Assembly (NCBI RefSeq): GCF_008000775.2 | Contig: NZ_CP042905.2 | Span: 2,790,001-2,822,000 of the forward strand | Direction of reading: 5' to 3' | Source: Promethearchaeum syntrophicum | GTDB taxonomy: Archaea > Asgardarchaeota > Lokiarchaeia > Sigyniarchaeales > Promethearchaeaceae | DNA: 32,000 nt | Part shown: positions 16,760 to 27,100 of the stretch, in pieces | Position numbering within the stretch: position 1 is the stretch's first letter | Layout of the letters: every line of letters starts with the position of its first letter | The notes under the pieces: model-generated | Told to the model about the DNA's origin: nothing | The model's input: the letters and a program-made list of their open reading frames with translations, nothing else | Database searches by the model: none | Translations under genes and position numbers: made by a program

Positions 16760-18031
16760 ATGAAGGAAATTCCAGAAGTAGCTAAGAGATTTATTAGATA
16801 TGCAAAAATCGCTACTCAAAGTTCAGAGAAGACAAAGAAAATACCCAGCACTGAGAAACAATTTGATTTAGCAAATTTACTGGTTGAAGAACTTCGTGAA
16901 ATTGGGTTAAACGATATTGAACTAGATGAAAATTGTGTAGTTTATGCAACGATCCCTTCAAATCTCCCTTCGGAAATGGAATCGAAAGTCCCCGTAATAT
17001 GTTTTAATTCTCATATAGACACATCTACTAGTGAATCGGATGAGAATATACAACCGCAAGTTATAGATTACCCAGGGGGAGATATAATTTTACCGAAAGA
17101 TACAAGTTTTATAATTTCGCCGAAAGAGAATCCAGAATTAAATGATTATATTGGGACAAAAATAATTACAACTGACGGAACCACTCTTTTAGGAGCCGAT
17201 GACAAAGCAGGGATCGCTGAAATTATGACTGCAGCATCTATCTTAGTTAAATCAGGTTCGGATAAGCAACATGGAAAAATAAGATTGATGTTTTCTCCTG
17301 ATGAAGAAATTGGAGGGGGATATAAAGCTGTAGATTTGAAAAAACTGGGGGCTGATTTTGCATATACTGTAGATGGTGGTGAAATGGGAGGGTTAGAAAT
17401 TGCCAATTTCAATGCTGCTGAAGGAAGCATCGTAATTCAAGGTTATAATGTTCATCCAGGTTATGCTTTTGGTTTAATGAAAAACTCACTTCGCGCCATA
17501 CCTGAAATTCTAAAATTATTCCCTAATGAAATAGCTCCCGAAACAACCAAAGATATGGAACCTTATTATCACCCTGTTTCGATAAGGGGGGAGGTAGATA
17601 AGGTGTCCCTCATTTTTATATTGAGAAATTTTGAGGCTACAGATTTGGATAATCAAATAAAGCATTTGGAAGATGGGGTGAAGGAAGTGCAATCACACTA
17701 TCCAGATTTGAAAATTTCAATAAAAATTAAGAAAAGCTATAAAAACATGAAAGATATCCTTGACAAATACCCCTATATTGTTGAAATTGCACGAAAAGCG
17801 ATTCAAAAATCAGGTTTAAGAGTAATAGAAGCGCCAATTAGAGGGGGAACCGATGGGGCCAGATATTCCTACATGGGATTACCTACACCTAATATTTTCA
17901 CAGGAGGTTTCAATTTTCATTCAAAAAAGGAGTTTATCCCCATAATCGCAATGGAAAAAGCAGTTGAAACGATTGTAAATATTATTGATGTTGCCACAGA
18001 ATGGTTTTTAGACAATAATGAAAAATTTTAG
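16760..18031 (+). CDS. pepT: Peptidase T (M20B tripeptide aminopeptidase)
   Basis: FIRYAKIATQS, SHIDTS, ITTDGTTLLGADDKAGIAEIM, SPDEEIGGG and NVHPGYAFG. GTGAGGA lies 7 nt upstream of the ATG. Confidence 0.85.
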   Translation: MKEIPEVAKRFIRYAKIATQSSEKTKKIPSTEKQFDLANLLVEELREIGLNDIELDENCVVYATIPSNLPSEMESKVPVICFNSHIDTSTSESDENIQPQVIDYPGGDIILPKDTSFIISPKENPELNDYIGTKIITTDGTTLLGADDKAGIAEIMTAASILVKSGSDKQHGKIRLMFSPDEEIGGGYKAVDLKKLGADFAYTVDGGEMGGLEIANFNAAEGSIVIQGYNVHPGYAFGLMKNSLRAIPEILKLFPNEIAPETTKDMEPYYHPVSIRGEVDKVSLIFILRNFEATDLDNQIKHLEDGVKEVQSHYPDLKISIKIKKSYKNMKDILDKYPYIVEIARKAIQKSGLRVIEAPIRGGTDGARYSYMGLPTPNIFTGGFNFHSKKEFIPIIAMEKAVETIVNIIDVATEWFLDNNEKF

Positions 18032-18306
18032 GAATATTGAGAAACAGGTCCGAATTTGTTCACAATAAAGAGAGATTTTTTTATTTCATCAAACTCATTT
18101 CGAATCCACTCCAATAATAGTTCGCAATCTTGTTTTTCCTTTTCGATTTGTGGATTAGAACCGAACATTGATTTTTGGTATATTAGATCATCCAACTTTT
18201 TCTCAACTCGAACAAGGGCATGAGAGAATTTATCAAATAGATAGTTTAAATCATCACTTTTTGAATGATGTAATTTCTCAAGTTTTTTTTTTGAAAATTT
18301 CGGCAT
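18028..18306 (-). CDS. Hypothetical 92-aa helical protein
   Basis: GGGGG lies 7 nt upstream of the ATG on the minus strand. It is convergent with pepT, and the two stop codons overlap (TTAG at 18028-18031). The sequence is charged and helical with no recognisable domain. Confidence 0.45.
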   Translation of the reverse strand: MPKFSKKKLEKLHHSKSDDLNYLFDKFSHALVRVEKKLDDLIYQKSMFGSNPQIEKEKQDCELLLEWIRNEFDEIKKSLFIVNKFGPVSQYS

Positions 18307-18664
18307 TTTTATTCCCCCTGAATAATATTTTTTTGATTATTTTATTGATTTTTTCCCTTTATACGTTTTTATTAATTCGCATAGTTATATTGATCATTTT
18401 CCAGTCAAATGCTTCAGAGATTTAAATACTAACTTAAAAAATATTTAACTCTGACCACCTATAAAACTTTCCAACTAATAATTTCTAAGAAGCTTTTTAT
18501 TTTGAAGTATTTCTTTTAGAAAGTTTCTAATATTTTTGCGTTTTTTTTTCCAACGCCAATATTACTAGATTAATATAAAATCGGATATAATTTTCGATAT
18601 AATCGCATATCCTTTATTTAAGAATCGACAAAAATATAAAATATTTAACCCTCACAAAAACATA

Positions 18665-19525
18665 ATGAATATAAATTCAAAGTCAATAAGTGAGATTATT
18701 AAATCCCGAACTTCGATAAGAACTTTTAATTCTGACCTTCTAGCTAATGAAGATAAGAAAAAAATATTAGATATTTTAAAAGATACTAACCTTAATACTC
18801 CTTTTAATGAACAAGAACAACATTGCAGATTTGAGATTGTGGAATTAGAATCAAAAAGCCCAGAAGAGAAAAGAAAACTTGGAACATATGGATTTATCAC
18901 CGGAGCTAACCAATTTATTATCGGTATAACTCGAAAATCAGAATATGTTAAAGAAGAATTTGGTTATATTTTTGAAAAATTAATACTTGAATTTACCAAG
19001 CAAGGATTTGGTACATGTTGGTTAGGAGGAACATTCAATCGCGAAAATTATGCTAAAATTATTGATATGAAAGAAAATGAATATATTCTCTGTATATCCC
19101 CAATTGGTATTCCTGCAAACTCTCGAAGAATGTCTGATAAATTGATTAGGAATGCAATCAAAGCATCAAAAAGAAAAAAATGGAATACACTCTTTTTTGA
19201 AGATGATTTTTCAATCCCACTAACCAAAAATAATGCAGAAAAATATGCGATTCCTCTTGAAATGCTTAGATTGGCACCATCTGCAGGAAATAAACAACCA
19301 TGGCGTATTTTAAAAGAAAAAAATACAAATACTTTTCACTTCTATTGGAAGATTGGAAAAAATCTGAATTATAATAAGCTCCATAAAATTGATATGGGAA
19401 TTGCAGTGTGTCACTTTGATCTCATGATTCAAGAGATGGATTTAACAGGAAATTGGATAATTAAGCAAGATTCTACATTCAAATTTGATCAATTCAAATA
19501 TGTTATTACTTGGATCGGAGAATAA
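18665..19525 (+). CDS. Nitroreductase-family flavoprotein
   Basis: N-terminal RTSIRTF and the conserved LRLAPSAGNKQPWR motif. Confidence 0.8.
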   Translation: MNINSKSISEIIKSRTSIRTFNSDLLANEDKKKILDILKDTNLNTPFNEQEQHCRFEIVELESKSPEEKRKLGTYGFITGANQFIIGITRKSEYVKEEFGYIFEKLILEFTKQGFGTCWLGGTFNRENYAKIIDMKENEYILCISPIGIPANSRRMSDKLIRNAIKASKRKKWNTLFFEDDFSIPLTKNNAEKYAIPLEMLRLAPSAGNKQPWRILKEKNTNTFHFYWKIGKNLNYNKLHKIDMGIAVCHFDLMIQEMDLTGNWIIKQDSTFKFDQFKYVITWIGE

Positions 19526-19555
19526 ATTTTTTTAATATTTTTTTAGATTTTAAAG

Positions 19556-19622
19556 TTGCATTTTATGCAAAAAGTGCCAAAATCACGAGAATTTCTTTTT
19601 CACCATGTTGCAAAAAATGCAA
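19556..19622. promoter_or_regulatory. Two TTGCA-N5-TGCAA palindromes (candidate operator pair) upstream of the ABC/ArsR cluster
   Basis: TTGCATTTTATGCAA at 19556-19570 and TTGCAAAAAATGCAA at 19608-19622. Centres are 52 bp apart, and the sites lie about 190-260 bp upstream of ATG 19814. Confidence 0.45.
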
Positions 19623-19813
19623 AATGATTAGATTTAAATATTCGAATTTCTTTTACTTATTTGGAATACCTTAAAATCCATTGGGATTTCGGTCTGCATT
19701 AATTTATAGTGGAATAGAGCTTCTCGATAACGATACGGGCCTATTTATAGATTTAACAAATATTATGAAAAATTAGTGGATTTTAGGATACAATAAAGTA
19801 AAGATGAAAAAAA

Positions 19814-20623
19814 ATGGAACAAAAAGAAACAATATTAAACGTTGAGAATCTGGCAAAATCATTTGAAAATGTTCATGCAGTAGATAATTTGTCATTCCAA
19901 ATCAAAAAAGGGGAAATATATGGGCTATTAGGGCCAAACGGTGCAGGAAAAACAACCACAATTAAATTAATTTTAGGTTTACTTGGACCAGATAATGGAA
20001 AAATTGATGTTTTAGGTCTTCATCCAGAACAAGATGAAATTGAATTAAAAAAGAGAATTGGGTATGTATCTGAAGAACCGTTAATTTACAAATCTCTTAC
20101 ACCTAAAGAACTTTTTAACTTCATTGCTTCTATTAGAGATATAAAAGATCCGAATATAACAAAGAAATTAGCACAATATCTTGAGAGTTTTGATGCTATT
20201 GAATATTATAAACGGTTAATCTCAACATTGTCCAGAGGAAATAAGCAAAAAATACAAATAATTGCAGCAATTTTGCATCAACCTGAGATATTAATTATGG
20301 ATGAACCCTTAGCAGGATTAGATGCAAAATCAGTTAAAGTTATAAAAGAAATATTAGAACTTCACACTCAAAGAGGAGGAGCTGTACTTTTCTCCACCCA
20401 TATCATGGAAATCGCAGAAGATTTGTGTGATCGCATAGGGATCATTGCTAGCGGGAAAATGGTTGCCGAGGGAACTATGGAGGAACTCAAAAATCAATCA
20501 AGCTTATTGAAAGAAGATGCTGATTTAGAAGATATTTTCTTACAACTAACAGAACAAGATGAATCAGTGAATGATATTATTAAAAATTTACGCCAAACCA
20601 TGGAAGTTGGGGAAACCGAATAA
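19814..20623 (+). CDS. ABC transporter ATP-binding protein (ABC-2/exporter-like)
   Basis: Walker A GPNGAGKTT, Q-loop GYVSEEP, signature LSRGNKQK, Walker B ILIMDEP and H-loop STHIME. Confidence 0.9.
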   Translation: MEQKETILNVENLAKSFENVHAVDNLSFQIKKGEIYGLLGPNGAGKTTTIKLILGLLGPDNGKIDVLGLHPEQDEIELKKRIGYVSEEPLIYKSLTPKELFNFIASIRDIKDPNITKKLAQYLESFDAIEYYKRLISTLSRGNKQKIQIIAAILHQPEILIMDEPLAGLDAKSVKVIKEILELHTQRGGAVLFSTHIMEIAEDLCDRIGIIASGKMVAEGTMEELKNQSSLLKEDADLEDIFLQLTEQDESVNDIIKNLRQTMEVGETE

Positions 20624-20640
20624 AGGTGGAGGATGTCAAG

Positions 20641-22308
20641 ATGAGCACTAATCTATTATTCCGTATTTCAAAATACCCATATCAAGAAGCCTTTTTGGAA
20701 TCTCAAATGGCCATGGCCGGATCTAATCAGTCCAAATTTATGGAAGATATGAAATCAAACAGAAATCATGTCAAACAGATGAGCTTTTTCACAAAAATTA
20801 TGGTTTCTATGTTTTTAGCAATGATGATCTTAATTCCGATTCAAACTTTTCAGACTTTGGAAATTGCAAGAACGTATGGTGTACCGAATACTTGGATAAC
20901 CTTTACCGGAGGGGCGCTAATTTCAATATTCATGGTTGTTGAGACGATATATTTAATTTCAATTAGTCTTTTTACAGCATCTAGTTTTTTCTCGGGAGAA
21001 ACTTATTTATGGTTGAGAACTCTTCCTATCAAAAAGCGAGATATGGGTAAGATCAGCTTGTTTGCGTTTTTCCGAGGAATTGATATCCAAATCTACGTAA
21101 TTATATTAATTTTTCCAATTGCAACGATAATTGCAACGCAAAACATTCTTTTGATGTGTTTAAGCTTACTATTATCATTTCTGCAAGCGTCATTCAGCTT
21201 TAGTTTATTGGTAATTTTGGGAGAAAAAATCAATCGAGTGTTAAAAATTAATGATGCAAATACTAAAAAAAGTAATTTTATTCGCATTTTCGTCCTTAGT
21301 TTGTACTTTATCAGTTTAACAGTGGTTATGATTGGAATTATGACACTTCTACCTCAAATTCCAGCGATGATGTTTGCTGAAGATCATTTTATAGTCACAG
21401 ACACTATGAATCATATCATTCGAGCAATTCCTTATCCATTTAACAGTTCTTATATTATTACAGAACTTTTTCTGGGATACTCAAACTCATCTTCCCTCTA
21501 TCTAATTACAGCCATCATAGGATTTATCTTATTTATCCTTGTGGATTGGTTTCTATTTAAAAAAGCATTAAAAAAGCTAGAATTAGCTTCCGGAGAAATT
21601 AAATTGCCAAAGAAAGTCATTGATGATACAAAATTTTCGGATGTGAGTGTTCGTCGGACAACACCAGTTCAAGCCTTTTTCAATAAAGATAAAAAACTGG
21701 TAACTCGAGATATGCAAGTGATTACAGGTGTATTACTTCCAATAATGTATGGATTTTTTGGGGGAATAGCAGGGGGAATGGATTATATGGTATTTTCAGC
21801 TGCATTCTTAATTTATATCTTTTTAAAAACTGAATCAAATGGTGGAGCAATTTTAGCTTCTTTACCATATAAGACGCGAGATCAGGCAAAAGCAAAACTA
21901 ATTTGGCCCTTTATTTTAACTCCAATAAGTTCTATAATGACGTTGGGCATAGCTTTATTAAGGGGTGAGTTTCAAGATTACATCACTACAGAAATAATGG
22001 TATATCGGTTTTTAATATTAGTTGCTCTTGGTCCGATATTATCTGTATTAATCCTTGAATATAAAGTAAGAATGTTTGGTAAATTAAAATATAAATACGT
22101 ATTGGATGAAGTAAATAAAAGCAATTCAATAATTAAATGGGGAATTTTAATTATTGGGGCGCTTGCACTCCATTTTCTAATTTTTATTGGATCAGAAAAT
22201 ATCTTTGAATCTTATGGTATACAAGGATTAGCTCTAATATTTATTCCGATAGAGATTGTTCTGAGTATAATTTCCTATTATATCTTTAATAGGATGTTTC
22301 CTAAGTAA
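20641..22308 (+). CDS. Large polytopic membrane protein, presumed ABC permease partner
   Basis: It starts 18 nt after the ATPase stop. GGTGGAGG lies 8 nt upstream of ATG 20641 (the track uses the GTG at 20626). There are many hydrophobic segments, but I recognise no family signature. Confidence 0.65.
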   Translation: MSTNLLFRISKYPYQEAFLESQMAMAGSNQSKFMEDMKSNRNHVKQMSFFTKIMVSMFLAMMILIPIQTFQTLEIARTYGVPNTWITFTGGALISIFMVVETIYLISISLFTASSFFSGETYLWLRTLPIKKRDMGKISLFAFFRGIDIQIYVIILIFPIATIIATQNILLMCLSLLLSFLQASFSFSLLVILGEKINRVLKINDANTKKSNFIRIFVLSLYFISLTVVMIGIMTLLPQIPAMMFAEDHFIVTDTMNHIIRAIPYPFNSSYIITELFLGYSNSSSLYLITAIIGFILFILVDWFLFKKALKKLELASGEIKLPKKVIDDTKFSDVSVRRTTPVQAFFNKDKKLVTRDMQVITGVLLPIMYGFFGGIAGGMDYMVFSAAFLIYIFLKTESNGGAILASLPYKTRDQAKAKLIWPFILTPISSIMTLGIALLRGEFQDYITTEIMVYRFLILVALGPILSVLILEYKVRMFGKLKYKYVLDEVNKSNSIIKWGILIIGALALHFLIFIGSENIFESYGIQGLALIFIPIEIVLSIISYYIFNRMFPK

Positions 22309-22361
22309 AAGAAACTTGATTAGGATTTTTTTTAATAATAATAAGACGGTTGAAAAAAAAA

Positions 22362-22550
22362 ATGTTCAAAAATAAAAGAAAAGAAATCATTGGGGATATT
22401 TATGCCAATGGAGATTATCAATCTCAACAATTGCAGAAAGAAAATTCAAAAAATGAAAAAAAATCGAGAAGAAAACTCTTCTTTATGATATTAATGCTTG
22501 GTTTGGTAATTTTTCAAATAGTTGGACTTCTAATATTAAAAAATAGCTAA
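22362..22550 (+). CDS. Possible small tail-anchored protein (62 aa)
   Basis: A basic, polar N-terminus is followed by one C-terminal TM (LFFMILMLGLVIFQIVGLLIL). It sits between the permease and the regulator on the same strand. Confidence 0.35.
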   Translation: MFKNKRKEIIGDIYANGDYQSQQLQKENSKNEKKSRRKLFFMILMLGLVIFQIVGLLILKNS

Positions 22551-22610
22551 TAAGTTCTTTGAAAAATCTCAAAACTTTTTTTCAATTAATAATATTTCTA
22601 CTAAAAGGTG

Positions 22611-22970
22611 ATGATCTTTAGCGAAGATAAAACTAAAGCGGGAAATCAGCAGAAAATGCTCAAATCTAATGGAAAAATCCCAGGCGAACTAAAGGCAGAG
22701 ATGATCGTCACCAATCCTCAAGACATTCCCACACTATTGCATGAAAAGAAATGGGAAATTTTACAAATTCTTATCGATCATGAAAAAACTATTCGGCAAT
22801 TAAGTGAAGATTTGAAAATAAATCCAGGAACAATAAAAAGATTCATTATTGATCTGGAAAATCGACAGTTTATTGAACAATCAAGAAAAATTAAAAATGA
22901 ATATGGAATAACGTTAAAGTTCTATCGAGCTACAGCGAAAAAATATATAATTCATTTGGAATTACCTTGA
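22611..22970 (+). CDS. ArsR-type winged-helix transcriptional regulator
   Basis: KKWEILQILIDHEKTIRQLSEDLKINPGTIKRFIIDLENRQFIEQSR gives the HTH plus wing. AAAGGTG immediately precedes the ATG. Confidence 0.75.
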   Translation: MIFSEDKTKAGNQQKMLKSNGKIPGELKAEMIVTNPQDIPTLLHEKKWEILQILIDHEKTIRQLSEDLKINPGTIKRFIIDLENRQFIEQSRKIKNEYGITLKFYRATAKKYIIHLELP

Positions 22971-23021
22971 TAGTAATATATAAAAGTTAAAATATAATTA
23001 GAACAATGGAAGATATCATAT

Positions 23022-23843
23022 ATGGAAACTGCATCAAAGCCAGATAATGAGACTATATTGGATTTCAAGATATGCTGGAAACTATATAAAGCGAATTTTA
23101 AAACTTATCTCAAATATTCCCTATTTATATTTTTCATACAGTTAATAGTTTCTCTAATTGTCAATATCGGCGTTGTATCTTTATTAATTGGAGTTTTTAA
23201 AGTAAACCCTTTTGAAATCGTTGAAATTTTAATTTGGGTGATAATCCCAACTACTGTTTTACTGTATGCACTACAAGGCGCATTTTATGGATTAGCCTAT
23301 GATATAATGTCAACAGGAGATGAATTTGCAGAATTTAGAGGCGCATTTAGGTATTTTCGTAAATATTATTGGCAATATACAATCATTACACTTTTAACAA
23401 GCAGTCCTGCATTTATCATTATAATAAATCTCTCTTCTTTACTAGATATTTCACCTTATAATGTAGAAACCATCTTATTGAATTCTTTAGGAGGAATTTT
23501 TATATTTATTTTATTATTTCTTTGGTCACTTGTATTTATGATGACTTTTCCTTCAATAACGGCTCAAGGTTCAATTTCTAGAAGTTTTAAAGAAAATTTT
23601 AAAATCTTAAGGAGAAATTTTAAAAGAATTTTCTTATCATTTGGTTTGAATTTCCTACTCTTTTTGATGCCATTTTATATTGCGACTCTTCTTCAATTCA
23701 TTGTTTTCCCAATAGCGGATTCGCCTTTACGTATTACCCTAATGGGAATCGCACTAGTGTTCGGTATCATTTCCTATGTGATTGCAGCACCTCTAAATAC
23801 TCTAATAGCGACACGAATCTATAATACTCAAAATGAATCATAA
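23022..23843 (+). CDS. 6-TM membrane protein, unknown function
   Basis: 273 aa with hydrophobic helices throughout. It lies 51 nt downstream of the regulator on the same strand. Confidence 0.55.
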   Translation: METASKPDNETILDFKICWKLYKANFKTYLKYSLFIFFIQLIVSLIVNIGVVSLLIGVFKVNPFEIVEILIWVIIPTTVLLYALQGAFYGLAYDIMSTGDEFAEFRGAFRYFRKYYWQYTIITLLTSSPAFIIIINLSSLLDISPYNVETILLNSLGGIFIFILLFLWSLVFMMTFPSITAQGSISRSFKENFKILRRNFKRIFLSFGLNFLLFLMPFYIATLLQFIVFPIADSPLRITLMGIALVFGIISYVIAAPLNTLIATRIYNTQNES

Positions 23844-24167
23844 CTCTCATATTATTTTATTTTAAACAAATAGTGTAGAAATGATGTGATTTTGCCATGA
23901 AATGTTATTGATCTACTCCGATTGTTAAATGATGATTTCTACCAAATGCATTTTCTATAACAAATTTGTCTAGACTTACTGGGACAATATAATGGAAATT
24001 ATTCAAATCTGTCGATGAATATTCATTCATAATTAATTTCTGATCATAAAATTGAATACAAATGAGCAAAACTGAGGTTTACTGGCGATTAATATTTAGG
24101 TAAGATCCAACATAAATTGTATGAACAAAAATTTTTTTTGTTGTTAGTTAGGGAGATAGATAAAAAC

Positions 24168-27100
24168 ATGAAAAAAAAAACATTTACCATTTTCATCTTA
24201 ATGGTTCTAACATTTTCCATGGCTTTTAGCAGTTATACGCCAAAAAATAATGCTGTGGAAAATTCAATTGAACCAATTTCAGCAGACCCCCCAACTGGCG
24301 CAATTCTTATTGTAGACGATGCGCTGTATTATAATGTCGTTATGGAAGGGTATGATGAAATGGATGATAGATATTATGAGGATAATGCTGTAGTAAAATT
24401 GGTTGTAAATGCAACCGGAGTTGACTACATCACATATATGCCTTATTTCTATAAATTTGATGGTACTAACTGGGCTTGGGAAGAAGATCCCTCTGAGGAT
24501 GAAGATCCCCATATGAAGGATGATTATAATTATTTAGCGTATAATCATTCATGGAGCGTCGCGACTGATGTCGGCGAAATGTATGATGTTAATCAAACTG
24601 AAGATATTGAAGGTAAATTTGCATCTGATATGAATTCTTCGGTAGTAACCGCAGACTTCTCTACTGGGGCAGATACATACCACAATATTACCTTATCTTG
24701 TGATAGGGATGATAATTCATCAACCCCTGTTTTTGTTGAATGGATTGGAAATAAAACAACTGGATTATGCGTATCCTACACAGAAACGGGAATTGACGAT
24801 AATATCACAGCGGAATTATGTGGATATGAGATTGTTGATTCATTATCAACCGGATTATTGACGGTACCAACATCTTTTGGATTTGCAGAAGGAGATTGGA
24901 TCGACTATTTCGTTCCTGAAAATGAAAGATATGACGAACCTCCATCATCTTCAGGTGATGCATCATTTGATGATTGGCTTGAACGGGGGAATGATGATTG
25001 GACAACAGCTTTTCACCTAAATGATGAATTTGAAGTTCCTGGGCACTGGCACGAACTTTCATTGCATAATAATTTTGATTATTACAGTTTCTATGCATAT
25101 AATGGGGATAATATTAATGTTGATGCATGGTGTGAAGATGGTGCAGATATCACTTTAGAAGAAATTGATTCAGGAAATGGAAATATTATTCAATATGATC
25201 ATGAAGATGGTGATAGTGACGGTGAAATGCATATAAGTTGGACAGCCACATTTGATGGTTATTATATGATTGGTTTTACTAGCCAATCAGGTCCATTTGA
25301 TGATAGATATGATTTCCAAATCTCAATCGATGGAGATGGTGGTCCAGCTTATTTCCCCGAAGATGGTTCTGATCACCATGATGGTCCTGAAAGCATGTTC
25401 ATCCACCAAACGATAGAATACCTCTATACAAATCCACTTGGAGAAGAAGTGTTAATTGTTAAATCTGAAGGTCATAAAGATGCGGATATGATGGATACTC
25501 CGTTATTCGTGGATTATCGAGAACAAGGAAGAATTGATCCTGATAATATAAATATAATTGATGGTCCATATTTCCACAAAGATTTAGATATGAATCATCC
25601 AGATTTTAAAACTTCAATGCAAGATTTACTTTCTGAGGATGGAACTTCAACTTCTACTTTCTATAATACTACAAATTGGGTTGAATTAACAGGAGTTACT
25701 GATGAGGGTGCGGATTTCTATTTCTTTGTTGAACGATTCCCAGATCATAATTATGGAGCTATTCAATATTACGAGCAAAGTGAATTCAATACCACAGAAG
25801 ATTATTTTATTAAAAAAGATAAAAACATAGCAATTGATAGTTCAATTTCTGGATTAATTAATGATACGGTTGGTCCTGAATTGGGGGTAGCTGTGGGAGA
25901 TTACTGGACGTATCTTGCTCAAGAATCTGGCTATGAGAATTCTTGGGATGAATATGGAGGATATGACAGGAGTTATGATAATTTACATTATGTAACCATA
26001 ACTGTGACTCACATTTTCCATGCAAATAGAACGGTGGTTGCAGTTATTGGAGAGATGGAACATTGGTCAAATGATGACCCAGATTATCCAGATCGGAGAG
26101 AATTTCAACCAATTTTGGTTTGGGATACTGAAGATCCAATGTCATTCTTTACCTATGGCGGTCATGGTCAAATGCAAGATGGTCCTCCCTTCCTTTTACC
26201 AGCGGGAGTTGATTGGTCATTACATGAAAGTGAATTTGGCACACTGATGGAAGAGGCTAACACATATAAAATAAATATAGATCCAAATTCAATTAGAGTC
26301 TCATGGGAAGGTGACCCGGAGAGCGAGTATTATGAGTCGGGAAGAGTCTTTTTGGATGTAAATAGTGATGGAGTTGTAACCCATATATCTCAAGATAGTG
26401 AGGAAAGAAAACCAGATTATAAACGCCGTAATAGATTAGAAGGATTTGCAACTTATATCTCAACAGGATGTGCAGAAATTTTAGCTTCAACTGTTACCGA
26501 GGTGGTTACGGGTGATCAATTTATTTGGGAAAATCAACGATATTCTCCAGCAGGGTCTTGGGGTTCAGATGATCCTGGTAGTGATCCAAATAACTACACT
26601 CATATAAGAGATAATATATTGACTGTCGAAGAAACTTGTGGTGAATTCATCGTTTTCATAGGTGCAAGAGAATATCGAAATTGGGATCAAACCGATTATC
26701 ATGGGAATACATGGAAATATTGGGATGAAGCGCTTGGAGATTATGTAGATACAGAAATAAATCAATGGCTTCTCGGATCAATTCAAGATGCAAATATCTG
26801 GTCTTGGATGAATTCACAATATTTCGATATTGGATTAGCGAATTTTTCAGGGTATGAAATAGAACTAGCCGAATTGCTCAATTTTGCAATAGATGATATA
26901 CCAGATGGCTATTCAATCCATCCAACCGATATAACAGTTGATGGATTAACCTTTGAATTATTATTCAACTATGAAGAAAGTCCTGGAGTAACGATATCTC
27001 ATGTAATGAAATTTGCCGTTAATAATAAGGGAATTATGCAAGAAATGTTCATGGGTATAAAAGATAGTGCAGATAATTGGCTAGAATGGGAATATACTGT

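Noticed and set aside
19674-19689. Small hairpin AAATCC-ATTG-GGATTT in the ABC upstream spacer.
   Set aside because: It has only a 6-bp A/T-rich stem and no following T-run, so it is indistinguishable from chance.
24015-24026. Perfect 12-bp palindrome ATGAATATTCAT upstream of the large surface-protein gene.
   Set aside because: It is a single occurrence. Palindromes of this length are expected by chance many times in 32 kb of AT-rich sequence.
24117-24167. TTG-initiated 17-aa extension of the large surface protein.
   Set aside because: ATG 24168 is preceded by GGGAG and starts a canonical basic-hydrophobic signal peptide. The extension would bury it.
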